A DNA stretch of 32,000 nt from Wallemia ichthyophaga EXF-994 (lineage: Eukaryota; Fungi; Basidiomycota): assembly GCF_000400465.1 (NCBI RefSeq), contig NW_008806276.1, positions 90,001 through 122,000 on the forward strand, given 5' to 3'. The notes beneath the pieces were generated by a model, which was not told the origin of the DNA, searched no databases, and saw only the letters and a list, made by a program, of their open reading frames with translations. Both the position numbers and the translations under genes were made by a program. Shown here piece after piece: positions 11,189 through 21,671 of this stretch (within the stretch, counting starts at the first letter, position 1; every line of letters begins with the position of its first letter).

Positions 11189-12667
11189 ATGAAATTGAAA
11201 ATATCAGTCGTAGCAGGATTATTAGCGGTATTTGCAGGCGTTGCAGGTGCCACAGATGGAAACAGCAACGTACTCCAACTCACAAAAGACAACTTTGATC
11301 ATGTTGTCAAGCCTGCTGATCTCATGCTTGTCGAGTTCTATGCTCCATGGTGTGGCCATTGCAAGGCTCTTGCTCCACAATACGAGGAGGCAGCTGGTCA
11401 ACTCAAATCCAAGGATATCAGCCTCGCAAAGGTTGATTGCGTTGAGGAGGCTCAAGTCTGCTCTGAGAACGATGTAGGCGGCTATCCAACACTCAAAGTA
11501 TTCAGAAAAGGTCTTGCATCGCCTTACGGTGGAACTAGAAAGTCTGAAGGTATCGTCAGCTACATGACTAAACAATCACTTCCACCTGTTTCTCAAGTTA
11601 CCCCTTCAAACCACGACGATTTTAAACAATCCGATAAAGTCGTCATCATGGCTTACAACCTCAAACCAAACACTGACTTATACAAGACATTCCACTCCAC
11701 CGCCACTAACCTTCGCGATAACTACCTCTTTGGTGAATCTGATGACTCATCTGTTGCAAAGTCAGCTGGTGTCTCTGGTCCTTCCATCGTCATTTACAAG
11801 TCCTTCGATGAAGGTCGTAATGACGTAAACACTAAATCTTTAGATGAAAACTCCCTCACCGAAACTATTAACATCAACTCTATTCCCCTCATTGATGAAA
11901 TTGGCCCTGAAAACTTCTCCCGCTACGCTACCTCTGGTCTCCCTCTCGCTTACATCTTCGAGAACCCTGAAGACCCTAAGTTAGCTCAGCACGTTGATGA
12001 GTTAAAGCCAATTGCAGAGGAATACAAGGGCAAAATTAGCTTCGTCTGGATTGACGGTGTCAAGTTTGTTGAGCACGGAAAGGCCCTCAACCTTATCAAG
12101 GACGAATGGCCTGGCTTCGTCATCCAAGATCTCCAGGCCGGTCACAAATATCCTATGGACATCACCAAACCCGTCTCTAAGAAGAATGTCGCTCAATTCG
12201 TCAAGGACTTTTCCAACGGCAAGGTAGAACCTTCCGTTAAATCAGAAGCCATCCCAGCTGAACAAACTGACTCAGCCATCACCCTTGTCGCTGATCAATT
12301 CGATGAAATTGTCTACAACAACGAAAAAGACGTCTTTGTTGAGTTCTATGCCCCTTGGTGTGGTCACTGCAAGCGTCTCGCGCCTGAGTGGGAGGCACTT
12401 GCGCAGAGCTACGAGAATGACTCCTCTCTCACCATCGCCAAAATGGACGCCACTGCTAACGACATCCCTCCCTCAACTAAATTCTCCATCTCCTCCTTCC
12501 CTACTCTCAAACTCCAGCCTGCTGGCACTAAAGAATGGATCGATTACGAAGGTGATAGATCTCCTGAATCCCTCCGCGAATTCATCAAAGATAACAGAGG
12601 TACTAAGTCAGCAACCGATGGTGACAAAGAGGCCCCTCACAATGAACACAAGAAGGACGAGCTCTAG
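11189..12667 (+). CDS. PDI1: Protein disulfide isomerase, intronless
   Basis: Signal peptide from the ATG at 11189, two FYAPWCGHCK thioredoxin motifs, and C-terminal KDEL. Confidence 0.97.
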   Translation: MKLKISVVAGLLAVFAGVAGATDGNSNVLQLTKDNFDHVVKPADLMLVEFYAPWCGHCKALAPQYEEAAGQLKSKDISLAKVDCVEEAQVCSENDVGGYPTLKVFRKGLASPYGGTRKSEGIVSYMTKQSLPPVSQVTPSNHDDFKQSDKVVIMAYNLKPNTDLYKTFHSTATNLRDNYLFGESDDSSVAKSAGVSGPSIVIYKSFDEGRNDVNTKSLDENSLTETININSIPLIDEIGPENFSRYATSGLPLAYIFENPEDPKLAQHVDELKPIAEEYKGKISFVWIDGVKFVEHGKALNLIKDEWPGFVIQDLQAGHKYPMDITKPVSKKNVAQFVKDFSNGKVEPSVKSEAIPAEQTDSAITLVADQFDEIVYNNEKDVFVEFYAPWCGHCKRLAPEWEALAQSYENDSSLTIAKMDATANDIPPSTKFSISSFPTLKLQPAGTKEWIDYEGDRSPESLREFIKDNRGTKSATDGDKEAPHNEHKKDEL

Positions 12668-13381
12668 CCGCACCACGTTGTACTTTAGATTAACTATTCA
12701 TTATTCCCTTGATTTGATTTTATGAGCGTAAACGTGCTACATTTGGTGTGTATCTAGGTAGTAGTTAGCAAAAGTTTGTCTCTCTTTTCAAGTCACTTAT
12801 GATAGCTGAAAAGAAACAAGGTAGCGTATAATATATCATTAATAACCTAGTTAGTCTTGAACTCGTCAATCTTGCAATTGTGACATCATCTTGCGACAGA
12901 TAACCTATGTTTCACTTTTCCGTCAGTAGTGTACCTGCTTCATCATCTGCTGGTGTACTATTACCTTTAAACAAAACTTTGGGTCCTAACAAATTAAGGT
13001 CCTGGTTCACGTTGAGATAGACATTAGCGATTATCCCCCCAATTGATATACCCATAAAACGACAAAGAGAAAACGACATGAGATATCAAAGATTATTGAA
13101 GCTCATAGAGATATCTTTGCTTGGCTTCTTAAACCTCTGGGCTTAAAGTTCCATGCGTCAGTATCTCATCTCTTAGAGCTGCAGAGCGAGTCATTAAAGG
13201 GATTTTGGCTACTTGCAACATTTACATCCGACTTTGCGACTCGGAATGATTGCGTTTATGAGCCGCCTCTGCCTTTCACATCGACGCATCTCTTGAGTTC
13301 CGAGATCTGACCAGACAGCGTTGCTCAATTTCTAAGCTTTCTAGGTTTACACAAAGATGGCTGCCTGTGTTATGATTTTAG

Positions 13382-13465
13382 CTCGTACTTGGGATAGATG
13401 CACGCGTCAATGAAGATAAAAGGTTCACGGCGAAGGAAATCAGGTTCCTGGCCACCAAGCTTGAG
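13382..13465 (-). pseudogene. Isolated catalase gene fragment
   Basis: 72/84 nt identical to 15531-15614 in the same orientation. Translates LKLGGQEPDFLRREPFIFIDACIYPKYE versus [28 protein letters not shown]. The flanks do not align. Confidence 0.9.
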
Positions 13466-14162
13466 TAGCTTTCAGGAAACCTCAATTTACTGTAAGTAGC
13501 CTGCTGTCTCAGATGTGCCACTTTTTGACAACTCACAGGGAAATTATCGAGGCTACGCAATGAAGACGAGAGAAAACTCGAGCAAATGGGATCGCGAAGA
13601 ACAGCGCAACTAGGCCATCTAATTAAATTAGCAAAATGATTCTATATACATACTTGATTAGCTGAATTTCTTTCAAATGTTTTACAGTTTGTTTTTCATC
13701 TACAGTACACGATACTAATGTTTTTTTTCTTGAAGTTGCAGCTGTGTACTTTTGAAAAGGTGTTGTTTAATAAGTTTCTGACGATGCTCTTCGAAATCGT
13801 AGTCAATGCGCTTGAACCTTTTTTTTTATGCTAGTGAACACCACCATTGTCGCATCTACTAATCTCAATCCCACCCGCACTCTAACTCCAGAACAAGGAA
13901 TTGATTGACAGATATCTAAAGATTGTCTGATTATATGGCTGGCGAGGGATATAGCAGATGTACTCCACAGTCGTTGTGAGATCTTACTACTAAAATGTGT
14001 GATTTTCGGTAACAGAACTACTCGAGATCTCCCTTTGTAAACATCAATTTAATAGGCTGAAAACTCTTTAGAGCGGCCAACGCAGTCTCCGCAAAAAGCA
14101 AAAGTGAGACATATAAATTATCGTAAAAAGAATACAAATTGAAAAGCGACGATAGCGCCTAT

Positions 14163-16595
14163 CTAGTAAGCCAATGTAGAGTTGTCTCTGCGCCAGTAAC
14201 GGTGACCAGCTATAGCTTGCGCGTAAGCACCTGCGAAAGTGGCGGCGTCGTAAGCACCGTGTGTTAATTTCTCAAGCAAACCAGTGTCTTGGTTTGTGAG
14301 GTTAGGCGCGACGACAACGCCATCTTGTACTGAGAAGCTCTTGCTATCTTCGATCTTGTTCGTGATTGGGATGAGCTTGGATGCCCATTCAGCGCTGCTG
14401 CCTACAACAGCCAGCGGCTTGTAGTGTGCATAAGCTTCAATGCACCAGTGCTTTGGTCTGCCCATTTGCAAAGTCTTCTGGTATGTATCGTTGCCGTCTA
14501 AGAAAATCAAGCTGTCGAAGTATGTTGATCTGGCTAACTCAAATGTGAATTGAGTGTCGAGCTGCTCGCCGTTCTTGCCATAAGTTGGTCCCTTTCTTGT
14601 TCCGATCACTGCTACAATATTACCTAAAGAAGAAAAGGCTTTCTGAACAGCGACTGCTTGTTGATAGTCGAAGCCATCTGGTGCAATCATCGCAATCAAT
14701 CTTCCCTCAGCCTTGAATGTGTTGTTCTTGGAGAGCATACTGATTGGATTGGAGCCGTCAGTCTTTCTGCCATGGTTCTTCTTTACTGGCTGACCGACGT
14801 CAATGCCGAAGTTGCTGGCGATACTCTTGGCGAGGTCATAATCAATGTGCTTGAAACGCTCCATCATACGCTCTTGAACACCTCTGTCATCACATCTACC
14901 AATTTCGAAAGCTGCCGTGTTAACGTAGTTGTTCTTTTCGACGTCAGATAATGAATTGTAGTGGAGAGTGGCTTGATCATAATATTCGAAGAACTTAGGG
15001 CCCAGATTTCTCTCACGTACACCTCCAACCTTGTATGGTGGATGGTGGAGACCACCCTGAGCAACAGATGCCGGACCAGGGTTGTTGTTGAATCTGTTAG
15101 GATAGTAGTTTGGTCCACTAGGGATAACTTTGCTTGATGAACCGTCTCTGAGAGTGTTCATAAATGGACACGCCTGAGGAATTGGCTGATTGATCGGTAT
15201 TTGGGAAAAGTTAATGCCACCAAGTCTAGAAATCTGTGTGTCGAAGTAACTGAAGTTACGGACTTGAAGCATTGGGTCATCCGAGTAATCCTGTTAAGTG
15301 TCAACATTTTTCAGGAAATGTCTTCCAAAACCTACGATGCCTGGTACAATGTTGTTGGTACAGAAAGCCACTTGTTCGTTCTCCGCAAACTGATCTGTGA
15401 CTGTTCTGTTCAACGTCATTGTTCCTACCCATTTAATTGGCACTTCCTCTTCAGGGATTATTTTTGTGCAGTCAAGCAAGTCAAATGAGAATTTGTCTTC
15501 GTCCTCCTCAGGAACGAGCTGTACACCAAACTCGTACTTGGGGTAGATGCCCGCGTCAATGAACATATAGAGATCGCGGCGGAGGAAATCAGGGTCCTGG
15601 CCGCCGAGCTTGAGAGCCTCATCCCAGCACAATGAGTGGTGTCCAAGATGAGGCTTCCAGTGGAACTTTACGAAAGTGCGCTTGCCTTCCTTATTGACAA
15701 AGACAAAGGTGTTTACACCAAATCCTTGAATCATACGGTAAGAGCGGGGAATCGTCGCATCGGATAACGCCCAGGAAGCCATGTGCTGATATTGTGTGAG
15801 TATATCTCGATAAAATCTTCTTAACTCACAGTAGACTCTTCGCTGAGGGAAATAAAGTCCCAAAAGTTGTCATGTGCCGTCTGTGCTTGCGGAATGCCAG
15901 TACGAGGTTCAGGTTTAGCAGCGTGGATTAGGTCAGGAAACTTCATACCATCTTGTACCTGTTGGTTTGTAAGTAAACAATCTCAAAACGTGGTTTAAAC
16001 TTCCGAAAAACGGTGCAAGTGAGTTACCGACAACATCCCAATTTCCTTCTTCTGTGTAAAAGCGGCTCGCGAAACCTCTTACTTCCCTTGCTGTCTCAGC
16101 TGCACCGGAGCTTCCGAGAACGGTTGAAAAGCGCACGAACATAGGAGTTTCACTTTCTGTGTCATTAAGGACCTTAGCGTGCGTAACATCTTCCAAGCTG
16201 GTGTGCAATTTGAAGAATCCATGTGCAGCGTCACCGCGGGCATGAACGACACGCTCTGAGATGACGTCAGTCAGAAAAACCAAATGCTCGGAACGCACCT
16301 GGGATTCTCTCGTGGTCAAAGTGCGAGACCTTATCGCGCATGATAGGATCGCTGAGAAGGTAAGGGCCTCTGCGGCCGGCCTTCATGCCGACTTCAACAT
16401 TATCAGCCTTGGCGCCGAAGGTGGTGCGGTGGAAGGCATCTCCCTCCGTAGGGATGTCCCTGGTGGCGGTGGCGAGTTGCTCGGCCTTCGAGTTTGCGTT
16501 GACGGGTTTGTCGGAATCGTATACGGACCTGCAGGAAAGTTATTAGATAGGGCGATACGTTTGCACATTACCCACATTATTATTCGTAGTTGGAG
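14163..16595 (-). CDS. Large-subunit monofunctional heme catalase with C-terminal DJ-1/GATase-like domain; start codon uncertain (about 16577-16595)
   Basis: [15 protein letters not shown] (distal His), [11 protein letters not shown] (catalytic Asn), [22 protein letters not shown] (proximal Tyr), and C-terminal [13 protein letters not shown] domain. Introns of 43, 46, 44 and 45 nt, plus an uncertain first intron. No signal peptide seen. Confidence 0.93.
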
Positions 16596-16640
16596 AAGAA
16601 GTCATGACAAATCGGCGAAATTTATTGGTGCAAGAAATCA

Positions 16641-16648
16641 TGACGTCA
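16641..16648. promoter_or_regulatory. CRE palindrome TGACGTCA upstream of catalase (second copy at 16262-16269 in an intron)
   Basis: Exact ATF/CREB consensus seen in the sequence; function is inferred. Confidence 0.4.
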
Positions 16649-16756
16649 ACTGGGTGCGATGAGTGATCAGCAAGTCGCTTTGAGGGGCGTGGAGGTGGAA
16701 AGCGTATACAGCATGTCTAGCGTGCTCAGTAAGTCGCAGTCTTGCACGCCACTCGC

Positions 16757-17132
16757 ATCTGTGGCAATCCGTTCGCTGGAACATTTAGCCGGTTTATCCA
16801 GATTAACCAATTTCAGGCAGAACAGAAAATCAGCCAGATTTTTATCGATATGTGCTTGTTTGCTCTACGCACTACATTAATAGGTGCAAACAGACCTAGC
16901 ATCTCCTCTCACAAAACAAATGGAGAATTTTCTCATGGTAATGAACGTCAGATTGTACTCTAAGTGATGTGAGAGGTTTGGGTGGTGAATGGATTGCGGG
17001 CTTTTTTGGCCTTAGTCACTATGCCACGCAAATCTCCAATCTGAAGCTACCCGCTCGCCCAAACGTTTAGCCAGTTTAACCAGATTACCCAGATTCAGGC
17101 AGATCAGAAAAACAGCGAGATTTATAAGCATT
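16757..17132 (+). repeat. Diverged direct repeat in the catalase upstream region (16757-16850 and 17039-17132, offset 282 bp)
   Basis: Cores tttagccggtttatccagattaaccaatttcaggcagaacagaaaatcagccagattt and tttagccagtttaaccagattacccagattcaggcagatcagaaaaacagcgagattt match at 50/58 positions. Confidence 0.85.
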
Positions 17133-17247
17133 CTTGATTACTAAAATCGTATAGCACATTAAAATAACGCAAGTAGCCCTGATATCTCTTCACATCAAGT
17201 ACGCGCAATTTTTTCATACAGCTGTAAATATCAAATTACACGTCTAT

Positions 17248-19182
17248 TTAGCCTACTTTAGCTTTCTTAGTGTGAGTAATGTCTGTGCGATCCTGCAAAT
17301 GCTCCTGCGAGCGCTTATCTCCTACATTCTTGCGCTCGTCTCCTGTATTTTCGTGCTTGTCTTCCACTTTTTCATCTTTCTCCCCTTGCTTCTCAATCTT
17401 GTCACCCCTTGCCGGCCTTGCCAATGGACCCCAGTTCGCCGGGTTGGCCTGATACCGTCTGATTTTCTCCTTGGAGTTGAACAGATCGACGACTTTCTGG
17501 TTATGGGTGAGATCAGCGTCGATGCTGTGAGTGTATCAGAGCAGATCACGCGCAAAAGCTCACCCTACCGCGGCTCCTTGGTGAGCAAGTGTCTTGTAGG
17601 CGAGCCCTCCTTGACGTTTTCCAGCTTGACGGGATGGGACAGCATCCACTTGCGCATCATGTCATGCACGGCGCTAACAGGTGCATCTGTCTTGATGGAC
17701 CCGGGGAGGGCGTGCGAGCGTGAGACGGCGTACCCCGCGTTAACGAGGCCGGACCTGTAAGGGGGTGAGACAATCAGTCCTTTCTAGCAAACCAAAATGT
17801 ACCCAACAGTCACCATAGAGGGCGCCGTCAGCTTCATAGCGCTCGCGACGCTGTCTGTGGTGAAGTAGAACGGCTCGTCGAGCTCGTCGTGCGCTGTGCT
17901 CACCATCCCCTTCATACGCGTAGCCGTACCGTAGGTGCCCTCCTGCGCCTGCGTGACGTGCTGCAAGAGGCGCTGCGTAAAGGCTTTGTTGTGCAGCTTG
18001 TCGATCCACATGGGGCCGTTAGTGTGACAGTGCGCGTGACACTCGCTGCATCGCCCACTCGCATCCACACCCGAGCCTACACCCACGCTCTGCGCTGCCT
18101 GGAACTTGCTCGAGACATTTCCCTTCCCGCTCACTTTCTCCACTACCCTCCCAAAAGGCTGGATGGTGTGCGCGCGGCAGAAAGAGCAAACATGCACACT
18201 CCCCGTTTTACTAAACGCCTTTTTGGTCTCGGCAGAGCCGTCGTGGATGCGCACCCACATGCGCACATAAAAGTCGATGGAGAGCGACATCATGGGCTCG
18301 ATGTAGCGCCCGTACCGCGATGCCGACTGGGAGATGGAGTTGAGGATGAGACGGAGTGCCTGCGAGTGTGTGAGTGTGAGTTTGAGTGAGCATCCCACCA
18401 CCATGCGCCTCACTCACCGCCTCGTGGGTGTACTCGGCGCGTACAGGCGTGCCGCCGTAGTTGGAGAAACACTTCTCCGGGTAGTTGGTGCCGGCCATGA
18501 CGGCAGTGTCGGTGCAGGTGATGCAGAGAAGACCCCCACTGCTAAGCGACTGCACAGCTGCATCAATGAACGGGGCTGCTGTACCGTATGGATCCAGGTC
18601 AATGACGTCGAATTGCGCCTTGCTGCGGTGCTGGTACATGAGCGCACTCGCATCGCCTTCCGTCACGTTTACCCGCCCTTGTAGCTGGTTGTACGCGACG
18701 TTTTGGCGGATGGCAGCGACGGCGTCGGGAGAAAAGTCGTTAGCGTAGATGCGGTTGGCGTTGGGGATCTCTTTGGCGTATCGGATGGCTCGCAAGCCGG
18801 TAGCTGAGAGAGCGTCGAGAATGCTGAAATTGTGCACCCAGTCTGGGTTTTCGATAGGCTCTCTCCGCTTTCCGGTGCTGTTACCGGTACTGTTACGGTT
18901 GCTGTTCTTCTCCAGCCTCTGCTTGAACTTGGCAGACTTCTCGTCGCGAACGATCTCGGACCAAACTTTGATAGCGGCTACAGACAGGTCCCTATTAAAC
19001 TCCTGTATGGGATTAATGAATGCCTTGTTGTCGCTCTTCTCGGTAATTGGGATCAGTATTTGGGCTGTATTTTCGCTTGTGAGTTTGTGATTTTCAGGAA
19101 GAGCGGGTTGAGTGGGAGTTGTGGACATTATACGGGCTTTACTGATAGACCTATTTACACAGCAGCTGCTCCTACTCAGCAT
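17248..19182 (-). CDS. TRM1: tRNA (guanine26-N2)-dimethyltransferase; 4 exons; two in-frame ATGs (19182, 19128)
   Basis: FINPIQEFNRDLS, ILDALSATGLRAIRYAKE, FDVIDLDPYG, GGLLCITCTD, SLSIDFYVR, C-x2-C pairs, GPMWIDKLH and YQANPANWGP. Three GT-AG introns; stop at 17248. Confidence 0.96.
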
Positions 19183-19247
19183 GCACTACTTGGTAGCGAG
19201 AAGACAACGAGGACACGATAGAAACTAAAAAAATCAACAAATCTATT

Positions 19248-20280
19248 CTAATACAACCCTTCCAAGTAATCCGCGCTCTTCTTTGTGCCAGCGAATGGTC
19301 TTTCTTGTACTTTTTCGTTTGGTTTGGGGTTAGGTGTGAGGTATGGTGCGATAACGTCGTCAAATGAGGGCAATTGCTCTTTCTTCTTCTCCACACCCTT
19401 CTTAGCAGCTCCCTTAGACAAGCCAGCTGTGATTATGCTACGGATCGAAACATAGTCGAGTGGCTTGTCATCTTTGCTATCTTTCTTACCATCCTTCTTC
19501 TCAGACAGGCCTTCAAATGGCTTGAATTCAGCAGCTTCCTTGGCCTGCTTGTCGGCAACCTGCTTCATTGAGCCGCGTGGGTTGTCAATCTTACCCAAAT
19601 GAGACAGAATATCACCACGCGTAAGCATACCGTGTCTGCCGGTGCCCTGGATAGCGCTTGGGTCTGATATACCATTGTCGATCAAGAGACGTGAGACAGA
19701 AGGGAATAATGGTTTGGTGGATTCTACGTGGGTGTCTTTAGGTGTAGGTTCGGGTGTGCTTTGTGCCGGTTCTGGGGTTGGTTGTGGTGTTGAGTCTTGC
19801 TTTGCACCTTCTGACTCTCCCTGAGAACTTTTTGCACTCTCTGCCACGGCGTCCGCGGCTGAGATATCATCGCCTTCCTCACCGAGCACAGCGATCGGAG
19901 CACCAACAGGAATACCTTTTGCGCCGTCGTTGAGAATGATCTTTGCGAGAACCCCGTCATCCTGGGCTTCGACGTCGATGGTGGCCTTATCAGTTTCGAT
20001 TTCCAACAAAACGTCGCCTGCGCTGAATTTGTCGCCTGCTTTAATCTTCCAACCAGCGATACCACCTTCAGTCATAGTAGGAGACATACTGAGAAATGCT
20101 GTTAAATTGGCATATAGACTATAGTTGCTTCCTCACGCTGGAAAATCGAATTTGTTGAGTACATTCGTACATCTAGTAGTGCTTAGTGACCGAGTGAGCG
20201 TGGCTTGGGAAACGTGCTTAGAAATATCAAATTGATTAGTATTACCACTTACTGCCCCTCCTCAGCGCCATTCTCGTCAT
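19248..20280 (-). CDS. PDX1: Pyruvate dehydrogenase complex protein X (lipoyl and E3-binding domains); 3 exons
   Basis: Spliced mitochondrial-type presequence MTRMALRRGTTLTRSLSTTR, then FPAMSPTMTEG, lipoyl motif EIETDKA, and E3-binding motif PSVSRLL..IQGTGRHGMLTRGD. No acyltransferase domain. Confidence 0.85.
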
Positions 20281-20461
20281 TGGAATCATAATCATCGTCA
20301 GAGTGTAAGATGCAAGAAGGTTATCTGGGACTTTATTGAAAATTAGTATATTTCATATTTAAATAGTAGATATTATTACAGTTAATACCTTCAAACCCCT
20401 TCAACACCCCGTCAAGACAAGAAAATACATGGTATGAAACTTATTATAGAAATGCTCTTAT

Positions 20462-21422
20462 CTAATTAAGGTACTTCCTGATAATATCAACTACGTTTAA
20501 TGCACGCTTGAGAAAGTTTCCTGGACGCGTTCTATCTGGCTCATCAGAAAAACCTTTGACATCATTATGATCTATCTCGCAGATAAGTTCCTTCGTGAGC
20601 CAGAAAGGAACACTGCGATACTCGTATGGCTTTTGGAGAAACACTCTTGCTCCTCCAACTGGCAGATGGACCTTTCTACAACAGACATGGCTATACTAGC
20701 CCTGTATACTGACTTTGTGCACTTTAATTCACGCCAATATCCCTAAACAATCTTGTCATTGTGATTGGAATGCTTTTGTAGATGTCAATCATATCTTCTC
20801 TCGTCTGAAATTTATCAACAAGCTCCGAGGAAAAAAAGTAATCACCCACCAGTGAGATTAGCGAGATGTCTATTTTTTCAGTAGGTCTGATCCCAAGGAG
20901 TCTCGGCTCATCTAAAACATACGGACAAACGCCGAGCTTTTCGACAATCGCGTACAACATCTTCTTAATACTCATTTTCCTTCTCGCGCTGTTCCTCATC
21001 GAGAATCCCGAAATCCTCTCTTGTCAATTCTTCGCGTGTACTTCTCACTATTTTCCACTTGCACATCTCGATTGCGAGCTCCAAATGCATCGAATCCTTC
21101 ATCCCACAATAGACTTTCTAGTCGATTGACGAGAACCGGAATGACTGCAGCTGATCGATTGCGGATTTTGAAAATGAATTCTTTCTTTGATCAATACTCG
21201 CGACAATTGGTGGCTTTGAGAAAGTCTTTCAACGTAAACAGTAAATCTGCATTCCCATTAGACGCGTAGATGTAATAATCATTGGATGCTATAACGACGA
21301 CGGGCTTTGTAGTATCTACGTTGAGTCTTGTAACATCACGGCGCAGGCTATTGCGATGCCATCTGGCCGTTGGTGCGTCGGCCGGAAAATTGGACTTTAG
21401 TGTGCGAGTTATCCTCAGTCAT
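20462..21422 (-). pseudogene. Tandem family copy A (decayed)
   Basis: Homologous blocks IASNDYYIYASNGN, LFTLKDF, IVEKLGVCPYVLDE, IPITM..GVN, WLTKELIC and GNFLKRALNVVDII. In-frame TGA at 21191-21193, further stops and frameshifts, and an intron at the same position as in copy B. Confidence 0.8.
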
Positions 21423-21671
21423 ATTGCCTAGAGTGGGGTTTTGATGGTCAGCTGATTGGGTTGGAATGTGGGGTGTGAGGATGTAAGAAATCGAGAGAAA
21501 AAATAATCTGGACGAGTGAGTAGTTGGTCAGGAAAGCGGTTATCAATTAAGCTCCCATGACTATCATCCTTCCTTAGAACTCCTCAGAAGAGATAGAAAT
21601 ATTAAATCATAAATCCAAGACAAATACAAGAAAAAGCAAGGTATAAAGCTTCAAACTGGATATACTCTCAT

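Noticed and set aside
13501-13512. tgctgtctcag match to catalase near 16089-16099 as a second fragment
   Set aside because: Only 11 nt and the alignment does not extend.
16757-17132. CRISPR-like repeat-spacer array
   Set aside because: Eukaryotic locus with only two diverged copies and no cas genes.
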